This document shows positions 27,729-37,532 of a stretch of 64,000 nucleotides of DNA, piece after piece (within the stretch, counting starts at the first letter, position 1; the number at the start of each line of letters is the position of its first letter). This stretch comes from Patescibacteria group bacterium UBA2773 (GTDB lineage Bacteria > Patescibacteriota > Minisyncoccia > Moranbacterales > DUUL01), in the NCBI GenBank assembly GCA_002352465.1, contig DEIN01000003.1, forward strand, positions 24,933-88,932, given 5' to 3'. The notes beneath the pieces were generated by a model, which saw only the letters and a list, made by a program, of their open reading frames with translations, was not told the origin of the DNA and made no database searches. A program made the position numbers and the translations under genes.

Positions 27729-28022
27729 TTATTTGGCTTTAGCTGCTGCCTCGGCTTCTTTCTGCTTCTTTCCTCCATGTTTTACAAATTTTCTAGTTGG
27801 AGAAAATTCACCTAATTTATGACCAACCATATCTTCTGCAACGGAAACTTCAACAAAACCTTTGCCGTTATGAACCCCCAAAACAAAACCTACCATTTCT
27901 GGAGAAATTGTAGAAGCTCTTGACCAAGTTTTAATCACAGTTTTATCTCCTGCTTTCAATTTCTTGATTTTTTTCAAAAGTTTTTCATCTATGTATGGTC
28001 CTTTTTTAAGTGATCGTGACAT
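27729..28022 (-). CDS. rpsS: 30S ribosomal protein S19
   Basis: [13 protein letters not shown]-terminus. Confidence 0.9.
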   Translation of the reverse strand: MSRSLKKGPYIDEKLLKKIKKLKAGDKTVIKTWSRASTISPEMVGFVLGVHNGKGFVEVSVAEDMVGHKLGEFSPTRKFVKHGGKKQKEAEAAAKAK

Positions 28023-28176
28023 GTTATTCTAGAATTCCTCGTTTGGTCCATTTCTTTGTCAAATCCTGCGCTACTATTTGATGTGCAGTTTAGCACATCT
28101 CATACGTTGCTCAGATTTTCCTCGAAATACCCTCAAACGTGAAATCCTTGTTAGTTTTAAATAATTTAATAAAATC
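28023..28176 (-). repeat. GC-enriched structured intergenic repeat, copy A (sense orientation) occupying the 154-bp rplB-rpsS spacer
   Basis: minus strand reads ...TTCGAGGAAAATCTGAGCAACG...GATGTGC-TAAACT-GCACATC...AGGATTTGACAAAGAAATGGACCAAACGAGG then ATG of rpsS; same motifs as copies B-F. Confidence 0.55.
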
Positions 28177-29016
28177 CTATTTTCTTCGCTTCTTTTGTCG
28201 TCTTCGAATAATCATTTTGGTAGAAGCCTGCTTGACTTTTCGAGTTTTCTTTCCTAAAGCTGGTTTTCCCCAAGGAGTTTTCGGATACTTCAAACCAATT
28301 GGTTGTCGTCCTTCTCCTCCTCCATGCGGATGATCAACTGGATTCATAGCTGAGCCTCGAACGTGTGGTCTCTTGCCCATATGTCTTTTTCGTCCAGCAC
28401 TTCCCACTCGGTAAGCACTATGTTCAAAATTACTAGTTTGACCAATAGAAGCATAGCATTCAGCTGGAATCATTCTAATTTCGCTAGAACTCATTTTCAA
28501 ATGAGCCATCCCACCTTCAATCGCCTGAACCGTCACGGAAGCACCAGCACTTCGAGCAATTTGCCCACCTTTTCCAATTTTCATTTCAACATTACTAACT
28601 GCTGTCCCCACTGGAATATTTTTCAATTTTAATCGATTACCATTCTCAATCGGAGCTTTTTCGTCAGTAATAATTTGTTGATCCTTTTTCATCCCTTCAG
28701 TCGCTAGTATATAACGTTTTTCTCCATCTGCATAGCAAACTAGAGCAATTAAAGCACTTCTATTTGGATCTTTTTCGATAGAAATAACCTTAGCTAGAAT
28801 TCCGAATTTATCCATTTTAAAATCAATAAATCGATATTTTCGCTTGTTTCCGCCACCTCGATGTCGCATTGTAATCGTTCCACCAGATCTTCCTTTAGAC
28901 CTTTTAAAAACTTTAGACAAGCTTTTCAAAGGCTTAGCATCAGTTAAATTGTCCGGTTTTACAATCGACATATTTCTTCTGGCTGCGTTGTTTCTTTTAT
29001 AAATCTTTACTGACAT
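28177..29016 (-). CDS. rplB: 50S ribosomal protein L2
   Basis: 279 aa, ...GRNxxG...HPHGGGEGR motif. Confidence 0.95.
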   Translation of the reverse strand: MSVKIYKRNNAARRNMSIVKPDNLTDAKPLKSLSKVFKRSKGRSGGTITMRHRGGGNKRKYRFIDFKMDKFGILAKVISIEKDPNRSALIALVCYADGEKRYILATEGMKKDQQIITDEKAPIENGNRLKLKNIPVGTAVSNVEMKIGKGGQIARSAGASVTVQAIEGGMAHLKMSSSEIRMIPAECYASIGQTSNFEHSAYRVGSAGRKRHMGKRPHVRGSAMNPVDHPHGGGEGRQPIGLKYPKTPWGKPALGKKTRKVKQASTKMIIRRRQKKRRK

Positions 29017-29053
29017 GATATTGATAATTTATTATTGAGGTTAAAAAACGAAT

Positions 29054-29482
29054 CTATTCACTAAATAATTTGATTTCTTGTCCTGATTTAATAGTGACAA
29101 TTGCCTTTTTATAACCACTTTTTTTGCCTTTCGTTAATCGAAATTTATGACTTTTCTGTTTATATTTCATTACATTGACTTTGGTCACGTCCACTCCATA
29201 TAAAACTTCAATCGCTTCTTTTACTTGGTTTTTGTTGGCTCTTTGATTGACTCTAAAAACATATTTACCAACAGTGGTTTTATTCATCGCATCTTCAGAA
29301 ATAATTGGAGCAATGATTACGCTATTCACTAAATCAGCTTTTTTAATTAAATTTTCAGAGACTTTCTTGGTCTTCTTTTTGACAACTTTTTTCACTTTAG
29401 TTTCCGCAACCTTAACATCAGTTTTTTTACCAACTGATTCTTTCTTCTCTTCTTCTTTTTTAGATCCAAACATCGCTGTCAT
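29054..29482 (-). CDS. rplW: 50S ribosomal protein L23 (about 45-aa K-rich N-terminal extension)
   Basis: C-terminal two-thirds collinear with L23. Confidence 0.85.
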   Translation of the reverse strand: MTAMFGSKKEEEKKESVGKKTDVKVAETKVKKVVKKKTKKVSENLIKKADLVNSVIIAPIISEDAMNKTTVGKYVFRVNQRANKNQVKEAIEVLYGVDVTKVNVMKYKQKSHKFRLTKGKKSGYKKAIVTIKSGQEIKLFSE

Positions 29483-29509
29483 AAAATATAATTAATATCG
29501 AGAACGAGA

Positions 29510-30139
29510 TTATTTCCCGTATTTCTCTTCTAAATTCTTTATTCCTTCTTTAGTCACCAATAAATATTTATTGTTCAACATATCATAAACATTGATATTC
29601 TCAACAAATATATTATTAACTTTTTCTAAATTCTGACTGGCTACTTTATTACCAAGTTCATTCTTGTCGAAAGCCCACAAAACACTGCCCTTGATTCCTA
29701 AAGCAATCAAAGTTGCTTGCGCTTGCTTGGTTTTATTTTCGCTAAAATTATTATCAGCCAAAACAATCAATTCGCTATCTTTCAATTTTCCGCTCAAAGC
29801 CATTTTGATTGCAACTTGATTCATTTTCTTATTAATCTTTTTCTTGAAATTTCTTTCATTGGTTGGTCCGAAAACCACTCCTCCTTTTCTCCAAATTGGA
29901 CTACTAGCCGTTCCCGCTCTTGCTCGTCCCGTTCCCTTTTGTTTCCAAGGCTTTTTACCAGAGCATTTTCGTTCTGACCGATTTTTAGTATGAGCTAAAA
30001 CTTGTCTTTTGTTAGAAGCTTGGGCAACATAAATTTGATGAATTAATTCGTCTTTAATTTCCACTCCAAAAACATCCTGATTTAATTCAAGCTCTTCGGC
30101 TTTTTCTCCATTCAATTTTTTCACTTCGACTTTCAACAT
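29510..30139 (-). CDS. rplD: 50S ribosomal protein L4
   Basis: operon position, 209 aa. Confidence 0.9.
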   Translation of the reverse strand: MLKVEVKKLNGEKAEELELNQDVFGVEIKDELIHQIYVAQASNKRQVLAHTKNRSERKCSGKKPWKQKGTGRARAGTASSPIWRKGGVVFGPTNERNFKKKINKKMNQVAIKMALSGKLKDSELIVLADNNFSENKTKQAQATLIALGIKGSVLWAFDKNELGNKVASQNLEKVNNIFVENINVYDMLNNKYLLVTKEGIKNLEEKYGK

Positions 30140-30172
30140 AGAATATAAATAACTATAAAAATTGGTTTCAAA

Positions 30173-30760
30173 TTAAAATTTTTCATCTACCCAAATTCGA
30201 ACAATCGAACCACTATTTCCAGGAATAGGACCTTTTAACCCTAATAAATTCTTCTCGATATCCTTAAAAATAATTTCAACATTTTTGATTGTCTTATTAT
30301 TTCCGCCCATTCTTCCGGACATTTTCTTTCCCTTGAAAACTTTTTGCGGATAAGCACTCCCGATTGATCCTGGAGCTCTTTCATCGTGTCGATGTCCATG
30401 AGAAGCTGGTGAACCAGCAAAACCCCATTTTTTAACTACACCTTGATAACCCTTGCCCTTAGTCGTTCCAGTCAATTTAGCCATATCTCCAATTTCTAAA
30501 CTATCTAATTCAATTTCATCTCCGACTTTAACATCGCTGATTTCAGTTGGCTCAAATCGAAATTCTTGGATTTCATCAAACTTTCTATTTTTACTAGGAC
30601 TTTCTAACCCAACTTGAATTGCAGTATATCCATCCTTGCCTTGAGTTCTAATTTGAGTAACGACATTTTTACCACTTTCCACCAAAGTAATATTCTGAGC
30701 TATTCCATCCTCATTATAAATGGTAGTCATTCCTAATTTTTTCCCGATAATTAATTTCAT
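30173..30760 (-). CDS. rplC: 50S ribosomal protein L3
   Basis: operon position, 195 aa. Confidence 0.9.
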   Translation of the reverse strand: MKLIIGKKLGMTTIYNEDGIAQNITLVESGKNVVTQIRTQGKDGYTAIQVGLESPSKNRKFDEIQEFRFEPTEISDVKVGDEIELDSLEIGDMAKLTGTTKGKGYQGVVKKWGFAGSPASHGHRHDERAPGSIGSAYPQKVFKGKKMSGRMGGNNKTIKNVEIIFKDIEKNLLGLKGPIPGNSGSIVRIWVDEKF

Positions 30761-31108
30761 ATTATTTGAAATCTCTTTAGTTAATTTACAATTTTAAAAC
30801 CGAATATCTTGGTAAGGCTTTCAATCAACTCCGACTGGCCTTATAAAAATATTCGGCATTGGAGGCGCTGTTTTTAAGCACCATTCCTACTGCAATTTCA
30901 CATTATTAATTATATTTTCTTCAAATTTTCTTGAATTAGCCTCAGCTAGTCCTACGAAAATTATTTAAAAAATCTAATTAATAATGTGCAATTTCGTAAA
31001 CGAAATGGTTCTTACAAACAACCCCTGGAGCTAATTTAGTTTCCCACCAGGGACTTAAACTAGTATTTATTCTTAAAATAAAATTTTATTGATTTAAAAT
31101 GGATTGAT

Positions 31109-31169
31109 TTAAAAGTTTTTGTTTTGAGGACAATTCACGAAAGAATTGCACCAAAACAAAAACTTTTAA
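31109..31169 (-). promoter_or_regulatory. long perfect hairpin abutting the rpsJ stop codon (18-bp stem plus inner 6-bp stem and ACGAAAG loop)
   Basis: TTAAAAGTTTTTGTTTTG (31109-31126) pairs with CAAAACAAAAACTTTTAA (31152-31169); loop contains CAATTC-ACGAAAG-GAATTG. Confidence 0.5.
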
Positions 31170-31170
31170 A

Positions 31171-31524
31171 TTACATTTTAATTTCAATTCCCACACCAGC
31201 TGGCAAATCAAGATTAGTTAAATCTTCAATTGTCTTATCAGTTGGTTCTAAGATATCAATTAATCTCTTATGGGTTCTAATCTCAAACTGATCTCGGCTA
31301 TCTTCGTGAACGAAAGTAGATTTGTTGACAGTTATTTTCTTAATCGCAGTTGGCAATGGCACTGGTCCAATGATTTTGACTCCAGTTCTTTGAGCAGTTT
31401 CAACTATTTTTCTAACTGACTGATCAATAACTTTATTGTCATAAGCCTTAACTTTGATCCGAATTCTTGATTGAACTTCTTGATCTTTTTCGTTCTCTGC
31501 TTTAATGTTCTCTGGTTTGGTCAT
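31171..31524 (-). CDS. rpsJ: 30S ribosomal protein S10
   Basis: [10 protein letters not shown]...THKRLIDI core. Confidence 0.9.
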   Translation of the reverse strand: MTKPENIKAENEKDQEVQSRIRIKVKAYDNKVIDQSVRKIVETAQRTGVKIIGPVPLPTAIKKITVNKSTFVHEDSRDQFEIRTHKRLIDILEPTDKTIEDLTNLDLPAGVGIEIKM

Positions 31525-31574
31525 CTATATATTTAAATTACAACAAACTTATTATATACATCCTAACTAATATG

Positions 31575-31886
31575 TCAAGCCTTAATACTGACTATCTCAA
31601 CTACAGTCAATCTTTGAGAATGACCTTGTTTTTTGAAATATCGTTTTTTAGGCTTTTGTTTGATGATAATAATTTTAGGCGCTCTTTTTTGCTCTAAAAT
31701 TTTCCCCTCAACCTTAACCCCTTCTAGAAAAGGTTTTCCAATCTGAATTTCTTTTCCATCGTCCAATAACAAAACTTCATCAAAAACAACCTTATCATTG
31801 ACTTGGCTATCCAATTTTTCTATTTCAATTTTATCCCCTTCTCGAACGTCATATTGTTTTCCGCCTGTTTGAACAACTGCTAACAT
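31575..31886 (-). CDS. rplU: 50S ribosomal protein L21
   Basis: MLAVVQTGGKQYDV N-terminus; no rpmA adjacent. Confidence 0.85.
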   Translation of the reverse strand: MLAVVQTGGKQYDVREGDKIEIEKLDSQVNDKVVFDEVLLLDDGKEIQIGKPFLEGVKVEGKILEQKRAPKIIIIKQKPKKRYFKKQGHSQRLTVVEIVSIKA

Positions 31887-32036
31887 CTAATTTAAAATAA
31901 AATAATTAAAACAGTCTCTCATTGAGACTATTACCAAACATCTTTTTATTTCTAAAAGCTTATCTGGAAACAGTCCTTAGTATTACAAAGTATTTAACCT
32001 TTGTCAATAAATAAATCAAACAGATAATTTTAGAAA

Positions 32037-33020
32037 CTATTTATTCTCGATAATTTCTTCAATATTATAATAGCTTTCTTTTCGACCTTGATAAAAAATT
32101 TTTATTAAAATGTCCGCCAATAAACCAAAAACTAGAAATTGAACCCCCATCAAAACCATAAAAATTCCAATTGTAGGCCAAATTCGATTTATGATTGATC
32201 CACTCAAGAGAACTCTTTCAATAAACATCCAAACCAATAAACCCGAACCAACTACAAAAGAAATCATTCCGATAAAACCGAATAAATGCAACGGTCTATT
32301 GGAAAATTTTCGCCAAAACCAAACTCCCACTAAATCCAAAAGACCTTTCACTAATCGAGTATAGTTATATTTCGTCACGCCAGCGGTTCTTGGTCGATGA
32401 TTGACTTTTATTTCTCCGATTTTAAACCCTTTAATTTTCAAAAAAGCTGGAATAAATCGATGCATCTCTCCATACAAATCAACGTTTCTGAAACATCCAG
32501 CTTTATAGGCCTTCAAGGAACAACCACTGTCATTAATTTGATCGTCAATCAAAATTTTTCTTAATTTATCCGCTCCCCAAGAAAGAAAATTTTTCACAAA
32601 AGAATCTTTTCGGTTTTTCCTCCAACCAGAAACGACATCAAAACCTTCGGCTAATTTTCTTAATAAATTAGGAATATCAGCTGGGTCATTTTGCAAATCT
32701 CCATCCATAGTAATTATTACATCTCCGTTAGAAGCCTTAATCCCAGCATCCATCGCTGCAGTTTGTCCAAAATTTTTCCTAAAAGCAATAATTTTAATTG
32801 GTTTTAATTTTTTAAGTTCAGCTAAAGTCCCGTCAGAGCTTCCGTCATCAATAAAAATAAACTCGCCCTTAAGGTGCTCTTTCTTGAAAACAGTTTTCAA
32901 TTCTTGATGAAGATTAGCCACATTTTTTTCTTCATCTTTTAAAGGAATAACGACTGAAATGAACATGATTGTTAAAATTAATTTTAAATTTTGAGCAAAA
33001 TTCGAGGCGAAATCGAGCAT
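32037..33020 (-). CDS. GT2 polyprenol-phosphate glycosyltransferase (DPM1/ArnC/GtrB-like) with C-terminal TM helices; true start probably Met at 32966
   Basis: MFISVVIPLKDEEKN...FIDDGSSDGT GT2 motifs; the first 18 annotated codons overlap repeat D. Confidence 0.75.
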   Translation of the reverse strand: MLDFASNFAQNLKLILTIMFISVVIPLKDEEKNVANLHQELKTVFKKEHLKGEFIFIDDGSSDGTLAELKKLKPIKIIAFRKNFGQTAAMDAGIKASNGDVIITMDGDLQNDPADIPNLLRKLAEGFDVVSGWRKNRKDSFVKNFLSWGADKLRKILIDDQINDSGCSLKAYKAGCFRNVDLYGEMHRFIPAFLKIKGFKIGEIKVNHRPRTAGVTKYNYTRLVKGLLDLVGVWFWRKFSNRPLHLFGFIGMISFVVGSGLLVWMFIERVLLSGSIINRIWPTIGIFMVLMGVQFLVFGLLADILIKIFYQGRKESYYNIEEIIENK

Positions 33021-33095
33021 TTAGTGAAACGTACTGAATAGCACAGTGAACAAGAAGCGGAGATTTCAACAAAGAAGTTTGCCAATTTTTAAAAG
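32986..33095 (+). repeat. GC-enriched structured intergenic repeat, copy D
   Basis: TTTTGAGCAAAATTCGAGGCGAAATCGAGCA...AGCGGAGATTTCAACAAAGAAGTTTGCCAA, same motifs as the family. Confidence 0.5.
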
Positions 33096-33099
33096 TCTT

Positions 33100-34197
33100 T
33101 CAGCCACGACCAATGATGCCGATAAGGAGACCTAAACACGCCATCAACCCATTTATAATCCAAAATCTAACCGTCACCTTAGTTTCCGGCCAACCCTTAG
33201 CTTCAAAATGATGATGAATTGGAGCAGCTAAAAAAACTTTCTTCTTGAAAATCTTTTTAGAGAACAATTGAACAACAACTGATCCAGATTCTAAGAAATA
33301 AATAAAAACCACGAAAGGAAGAACTACTACTGCATTAGTCAACATCGCCACTACGCCCAAAGTCGCCCCCAATGAAACGGCACCAGTATCTCCCATAAAA
33401 AAACGAGCTGGATAAAAATTAAACCACAGGAAAGCTAACAAGGAACCACTAATAACTGCACAAAAAGCCGCAATATCAAAACGACCTTGAATAAAGGCAA
33501 TTAAAGTAAAAATGGAAAAAGCTTGAATTAAAATACCAGCGTTCAAACCATCCAATCCATCTGTTTCATTGGAAGAAACCGCCATAGTAGTGATAATTCC
33601 GATAAAAAGAGGAATATACCAAAAACCGATTTTAAAATCACCTACTGCTGGAATATGAATAAAATTTGACTCTAATTTAACAAAAAACCACCAGGCTCCC
33701 ACAGCAGCAATCAAAATTAACCAACCGAACCGCACTACAAACCTCATTCCGCCTCCTTTATTATCGCCAATACCCTTAATACTCATATAATCATCCGCTA
33801 AACCTAAAACAGCAGTTGCTATCAAAGCAAATAGTAACAACCAGGTTTGATTTCGACTTAAAAAATTCAAACGATTAAACCACTGTTCGCCAGTTAAGTC
33901 GGCCATAAACGGCGCTAAAAAAAACATTCCGACCATTAAAATCAAAACCGTTCCCCAAATAACAATTCCACCCATCGTCGGTGTTCCCTTCTTATGAGCG
34001 TGCAATTTACTAACATAATTTAGTTTATTGCCATCAACCGATTTTTTTTTAATTTTAATTTTAATTCTATTTTTGTATAAAAAATGAGTCAAGATCGGAG
34101 TTATCACCATAGTCAAAACAAAAGCCATCACGCATAAAACAATGATCTTGGCAACAGTCAACACTTCTGGAATAGTTTGAATTTGAGCAATAAACAT
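33100..34197 (-). CDS. mraY: phospho-N-acetylmuramoyl-pentapeptide transferase
   Basis: KKGTPTMGG, DGLDGL and HHHFE motifs. Confidence 0.9.
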   Translation of the reverse strand: MFIAQIQTIPEVLTVAKIIVLCVMAFVLTMVITPILTHFLYKNRIKIKIKKKSVDGNKLNYVSKLHAHKKGTPTMGGIVIWGTVLILMVGMFFLAPFMADLTGEQWFNRLNFLSRNQTWLLLFALIATAVLGLADDYMSIKGIGDNKGGGMRFVVRFGWLILIAAVGAWWFFVKLESNFIHIPAVGDFKIGFWYIPLFIGIITTMAVSSNETDGLDGLNAGILIQAFSIFTLIAFIQGRFDIAAFCAVISGSLLAFLWFNFYPARFFMGDTGAVSLGATLGVVAMLTNAVVVLPFVVFIYFLESGSVVVQLFSKKIFKKKVFLAAPIHHHFEAKGWPETKVTVRFWIINGLMACLGLLIGIIGRG

Positions 34198-34352
34198 ATG
34201 ATAGTTTATGAAATTAACAATTTATAAATCTCCCTCTTTATTGACTTTGGATATCAAAAACTGTCTAAAATATCTCTTTCAATTAGAAAATTCTAAAGTT
34301 AACCTTTCCTTTTAAAAACTTTCAACTTCATAGACTTTAAAAACTTTCAGAC

Positions 34353-35384
34353 TCACTTCCATTGATAAGCCTGAAAAGACCATGCTAGCATACTTTTCAT
34401 ATCCTGCCAACGATAATAGTCATCCAAAATTACTCCAATTACTTTTGCACCATTACCCGAGGGATCAACAGCAGCGCTCATCAAACATTTCCCTGCTTCA
34501 TAAGTAAAACCAGTTTTCCCACCAAAACAATTAGGCATTTGGTCTAAAAGACGATCAGTATTACCAATCTGATGTTTAATCTTACCGTCTATTGAAGAAA
34601 TTTCTGCTGATCTTATTTGCATAGTATTCCAAATTTTATCATATCGCAAAGAATAAGAAGCAATTCGAGCGAAATCATAAGCAGAAGAATAACAACCGCC
34701 TGGATTATTTTCGTCATCTAAACCAGAAGGATTACAAAAATGAGTATCTTCCAATCCTATTTCGCGAGCTTTTTCGTTCATCATTTTAGCAAATTCTTCT
34801 TCAGAACCAGCAATATGTTTAGCCAAAGCCACAGCCGCGTCATTAGTGCTATTCATTATCATCGCCTTAAAAAGATTATCAACCGAGATTTTTTCACCCA
34901 CTTGTAAACGAGTAGAGGGACAAAATCCTCCTCGAGGACAACCAATCTTAGTTCCATCTTCATAAACAGCATCCTCATCAATAATAACGACTTCTTTTTC
35001 AAGATTTTCAATATTTTCCATAACTAAAACTGCAGTCATTATTTTTGTTAGTGAAGCAATAGCTAAACGTTTTTTAGCATTTTGATAATGCAAAATTGTA
35101 TTAGTTTCAGCATCAATCACCACCGCAGCTCGAGCTTGAGCATAAAAATTACCAAAATCTTCTCTTTTGATTGGAGCATCTGGATTTCTCACTATTAACT
35201 CCTCAAAAGTAATATTGTCGTTATAAGCCTGGTCAAAATCAAATTTAGCACCTTTGACATTAACAGTATTCGATTTTTTTCCTTCAAGCACTAAAATTTT
35301 TTCAACCAAAACGTCTCGATTAGAGATACCAATCAAAACCAACACCACCCCGCTTAATAATAAAATCCTCAATCCATTTTTCAT
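34353..35384 (-). CDS. D-alanyl-D-alanine carboxypeptidase (S11, PBP5/6-like)
   Basis: signal/TM, SxxK (ASLTK), SxN (STNDAAVALA), KTG (KTGFT). Confidence 0.75.
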   Translation of the reverse strand: MKNGLRILLLSGVVLVLIGISNRDVLVEKILVLEGKKSNTVNVKGAKFDFDQAYNDNITFEELIVRNPDAPIKREDFGNFYAQARAAVVIDAETNTILHYQNAKKRLAIASLTKIMTAVLVMENIENLEKEVVIIDEDAVYEDGTKIGCPRGGFCPSTRLQVGEKISVDNLFKAMIMNSTNDAAVALAKHIAGSEEEFAKMMNEKAREIGLEDTHFCNPSGLDDENNPGGCYSSAYDFARIASYSLRYDKIWNTMQIRSAEISSIDGKIKHQIGNTDRLLDQMPNCFGGKTGFTYEAGKCLMSAAVDPSGNGAKVIGVILDDYYRWQDMKSMLAWSFQAYQWK

Positions 35385-35415
35385 ATTAAAATTTTATTTT
35401 TATTTTTAATAAAAA

Positions 35416-35955
35416 TTACTCGATTGGCGAAGCACCCCCTAATTTCTTTGTAAGTTTATCATAATTTGGCAAATCTTCCAATCTCAAAATTCCCAATTTT
35501 TTTAGTAACTGCAAACTAGCTTCATACAAAAAAATTCGAGAATTAGCAATTTGCTCTTTTTTTTCTATTAAACCTTTAATTGCTAATTTCCTCAAAATCA
35601 ACCGGCAGTTAACTCCTCTAATATATTCTATTCTCACCCGACTAATTGGTCCCTTATAAGCGACTATCGACAATACCTCCAACATTGCAGATGACAATTG
35701 TACCGGTTTCCCCATTTTAAAATAAGCCTTTAAAAAAGAGGCGCTTTTTGCATCAACTACCAACTGAACTTCATCTTCCTTGAAAACTAAACGCAAAACT
35801 GAATTATTTTTTTTATAATCAACTCCAAGCTTTTTTAATTCCCGCAAACATTCTTCTGGAGTCACCTTTAGATTTTCAGCCAACTTCGAGATAACAATCG
35901 CCTCTACTGTAACAAAAAGAACAGCTTCAATTTTATTTTTTAATGTTATTATCAT
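35416..35955 (-). CDS. scpB: segregation and condensation protein B
   Basis: two wHTH repeats, 179 aa, adjacent to scpA. Confidence 0.8.
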   Translation of the reverse strand: MIITLKNKIEAVLFVTVEAIVISKLAENLKVTPEECLRELKKLGVDYKKNNSVLRLVFKEDEVQLVVDAKSASFLKAYFKMGKPVQLSSAMLEVLSIVAYKGPISRVRIEYIRGVNCRLILRKLAIKGLIEKKEQIANSRIFLYEASLQLLKKLGILRLEDLPNYDKLTKKLGGASPIE

Positions 35956-35975
35956 AAATTTAAAGAATCAAAAGA

Positions 35976-36680
35976 TTAATGTGAAATCTCAATATCTTGA
36001 AAAGAATTTTTTTGTTCAATATTAACTACCCCTTGTTTAACTAACTCCAAAATAGCTAAAAAAGAAACGACTATTTCTAATCGATCAGTTTTATCAAAAA
36101 CAATTTTAGAAAATTTCACTTTCTTGGTGATATCTAAGATATTTTTAATTTGTTTAATTTTTTCCTCGAGCTTAATCATCTCAACCAGTTCTTTTTTTTG
36201 ATACAAAGACTCATTATCAAAATTAAAAGCAGTCACCACTTGATTAAAAATTGTTTCAAGTAGTTGTTGATCAAATTGAATTTCAAAGTCTTCAATAATA
36301 AATTCTTTATTTTTTCTAGTCAATAATTCCTGAGAACCTTCAAAATAAATTTTAATTTTATTGGAAATTTCTTTAAATTTTCGATATTCAATCAATCTGT
36401 TTTTCAGTTCATCTTCATCTTCATCTATCACTACTTCATCAAGCTTAAAAGACGCTAATAAAAGTTTTGATTTTAATAGTGCCAACTTAGATGCCACCCA
36501 AAGAAATTCACTAATATCTTCTAAATTTTCACTTTGACCCTTAAAACTAACTAAATAATCTAAATATTGATCAGCCACCTGAGCCAAAGAAAAATTAGAA
36601 ATTTCTAATTGTTTTTTTTCTAATAAATTCAATAAAATTCCCAGAGGATCAATTTCTTTATTCCCAATTTTTTGAATCAT
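35976..36680 (-). CDS. scpA: segregation and condensation protein A
   Basis: N-terminal LGILLNLLEKKQLEISNFSLAQVADQYLDYL typical of ScpA. Confidence 0.65.
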   Translation of the reverse strand: MIQKIGNKEIDPLGILLNLLEKKQLEISNFSLAQVADQYLDYLVSFKGQSENLEDISEFLWVASKLALLKSKLLLASFKLDEVVIDEDEDELKNRLIEYRKFKEISNKIKIYFEGSQELLTRKNKEFIIEDFEIQFDQQLLETIFNQVVTAFNFDNESLYQKKELVEMIKLEEKIKQIKNILDITKKVKFSKIVFDKTDRLEIVVSFLAILELVKQGVVNIEQKNSFQDIEISH

Positions 36681-36722
36681 TTTTTATCTTTGAAGTTTTA
36701 TTTTTAAAAATAAACCAAAAAA

Positions 36723-37532
36723 TTATTTCAATAACTTTTTTACTCCCGCCAAAAATTGATCTGGTTCTATTTTATTTTTATCTATTATTCCTTGAATTCC
36801 GACTTTCTTTAATTCATCTAAATCTTTTTCTGGAATTATCTCATCTTTTAAAATAACAAATTTAGTTGAAGCTTTCGGAAATTGCATTTTAAAATTCTCA
36901 ATTATTTTTTTCGTTTCTAAATCAAACAAAGCAATGTCAATTACAACTAATCCGAACTTTTCTTGAGTTAACAAATTCATCCCTTCTTTCCCAGTTGAAC
37001 TTCTTCTAACCTCAAAACCAGCCATTTCTATCTTATTTCCAAAAACTTTAGAAAAAATTTCCTCAGCTTCTATAATTAAAACTCTTTTTTGATCTTCTTT
37101 CGAAAATTTATCCGTTTTCATCTCTAATCCATCAGTCTTTTCTTTAACTGTCTCATTTTCACTTTCCTTAAAAATTTTCTCTACTTCATCGATCAATTGT
37201 TGAGGAGTATGTTCTGCTTTAGAAATAAACCCATTAGCCCCTAAATCTTCTAATTTTTTTTGATTATCTTCTTGAGACAAATTGGAAAAAGGAATAATCT
37301 TGATACTATCCAAACTAGGATCCTTGCGAATTGCTTTCAAAACATCAAATCCGTCCATCTCAGGCAAAACTAAATCTAACAACATCAAATCAGGTTTTTC
37401 TTGCTTAGCTTTTTCTTGAGCTTCAGTTCCACTGCTGGCGTGAATTACTTTAAAATTTGGATTTTTTTTAAATTTTTTTTGATAAATTTCGGCCAACATT
37501 GGATCATCTTCTACAATAAGAATTTTTTTCAT
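36723..37532 (-). CDS. response regulator with tandem receiver (REC) domains, no output domain
   Basis: REC1 KKILIVEDDP...LLDLVLP...; REC2 KRVLIIEAEE...VVIDIALFD. Confidence 0.7.
   Translation of the reverse strand: MKKILIVEDDPMLAEIYQKKFKKNPNFKVIHASSGTEAQEKAKQEKPDLMLLDLVLPEMDGFDVLKAIRKDPSLDSIKIIPFSNLSQEDNQKKLEDLGANGFISKAEHTPQQLIDEVEKIFKESENETVKEKTDGLEMKTDKFSKEDQKRVLIIEAEEIFSKVFGNKIEMAGFEVRRSSTGKEGMNLLTQEKFGLVVIDIALFDLETKKIIENFKMQFPKASTKFVILKDEIIPEKDLDELKKVGIQGIIDKNKIEPDQFLAGVKKLLK

Noticed and set aside
30761-31170. tmRNA, SRP RNA, RNase P or a small protein gene in the 410-bp rpsJ-rplC spacer
   Set aside because: No tRNA-like end, no SRP domain IV or RNase P consensus blocks recognisable by eye; longest ATG ORF is 19 codons; left as an unclassified structured RNA candidate
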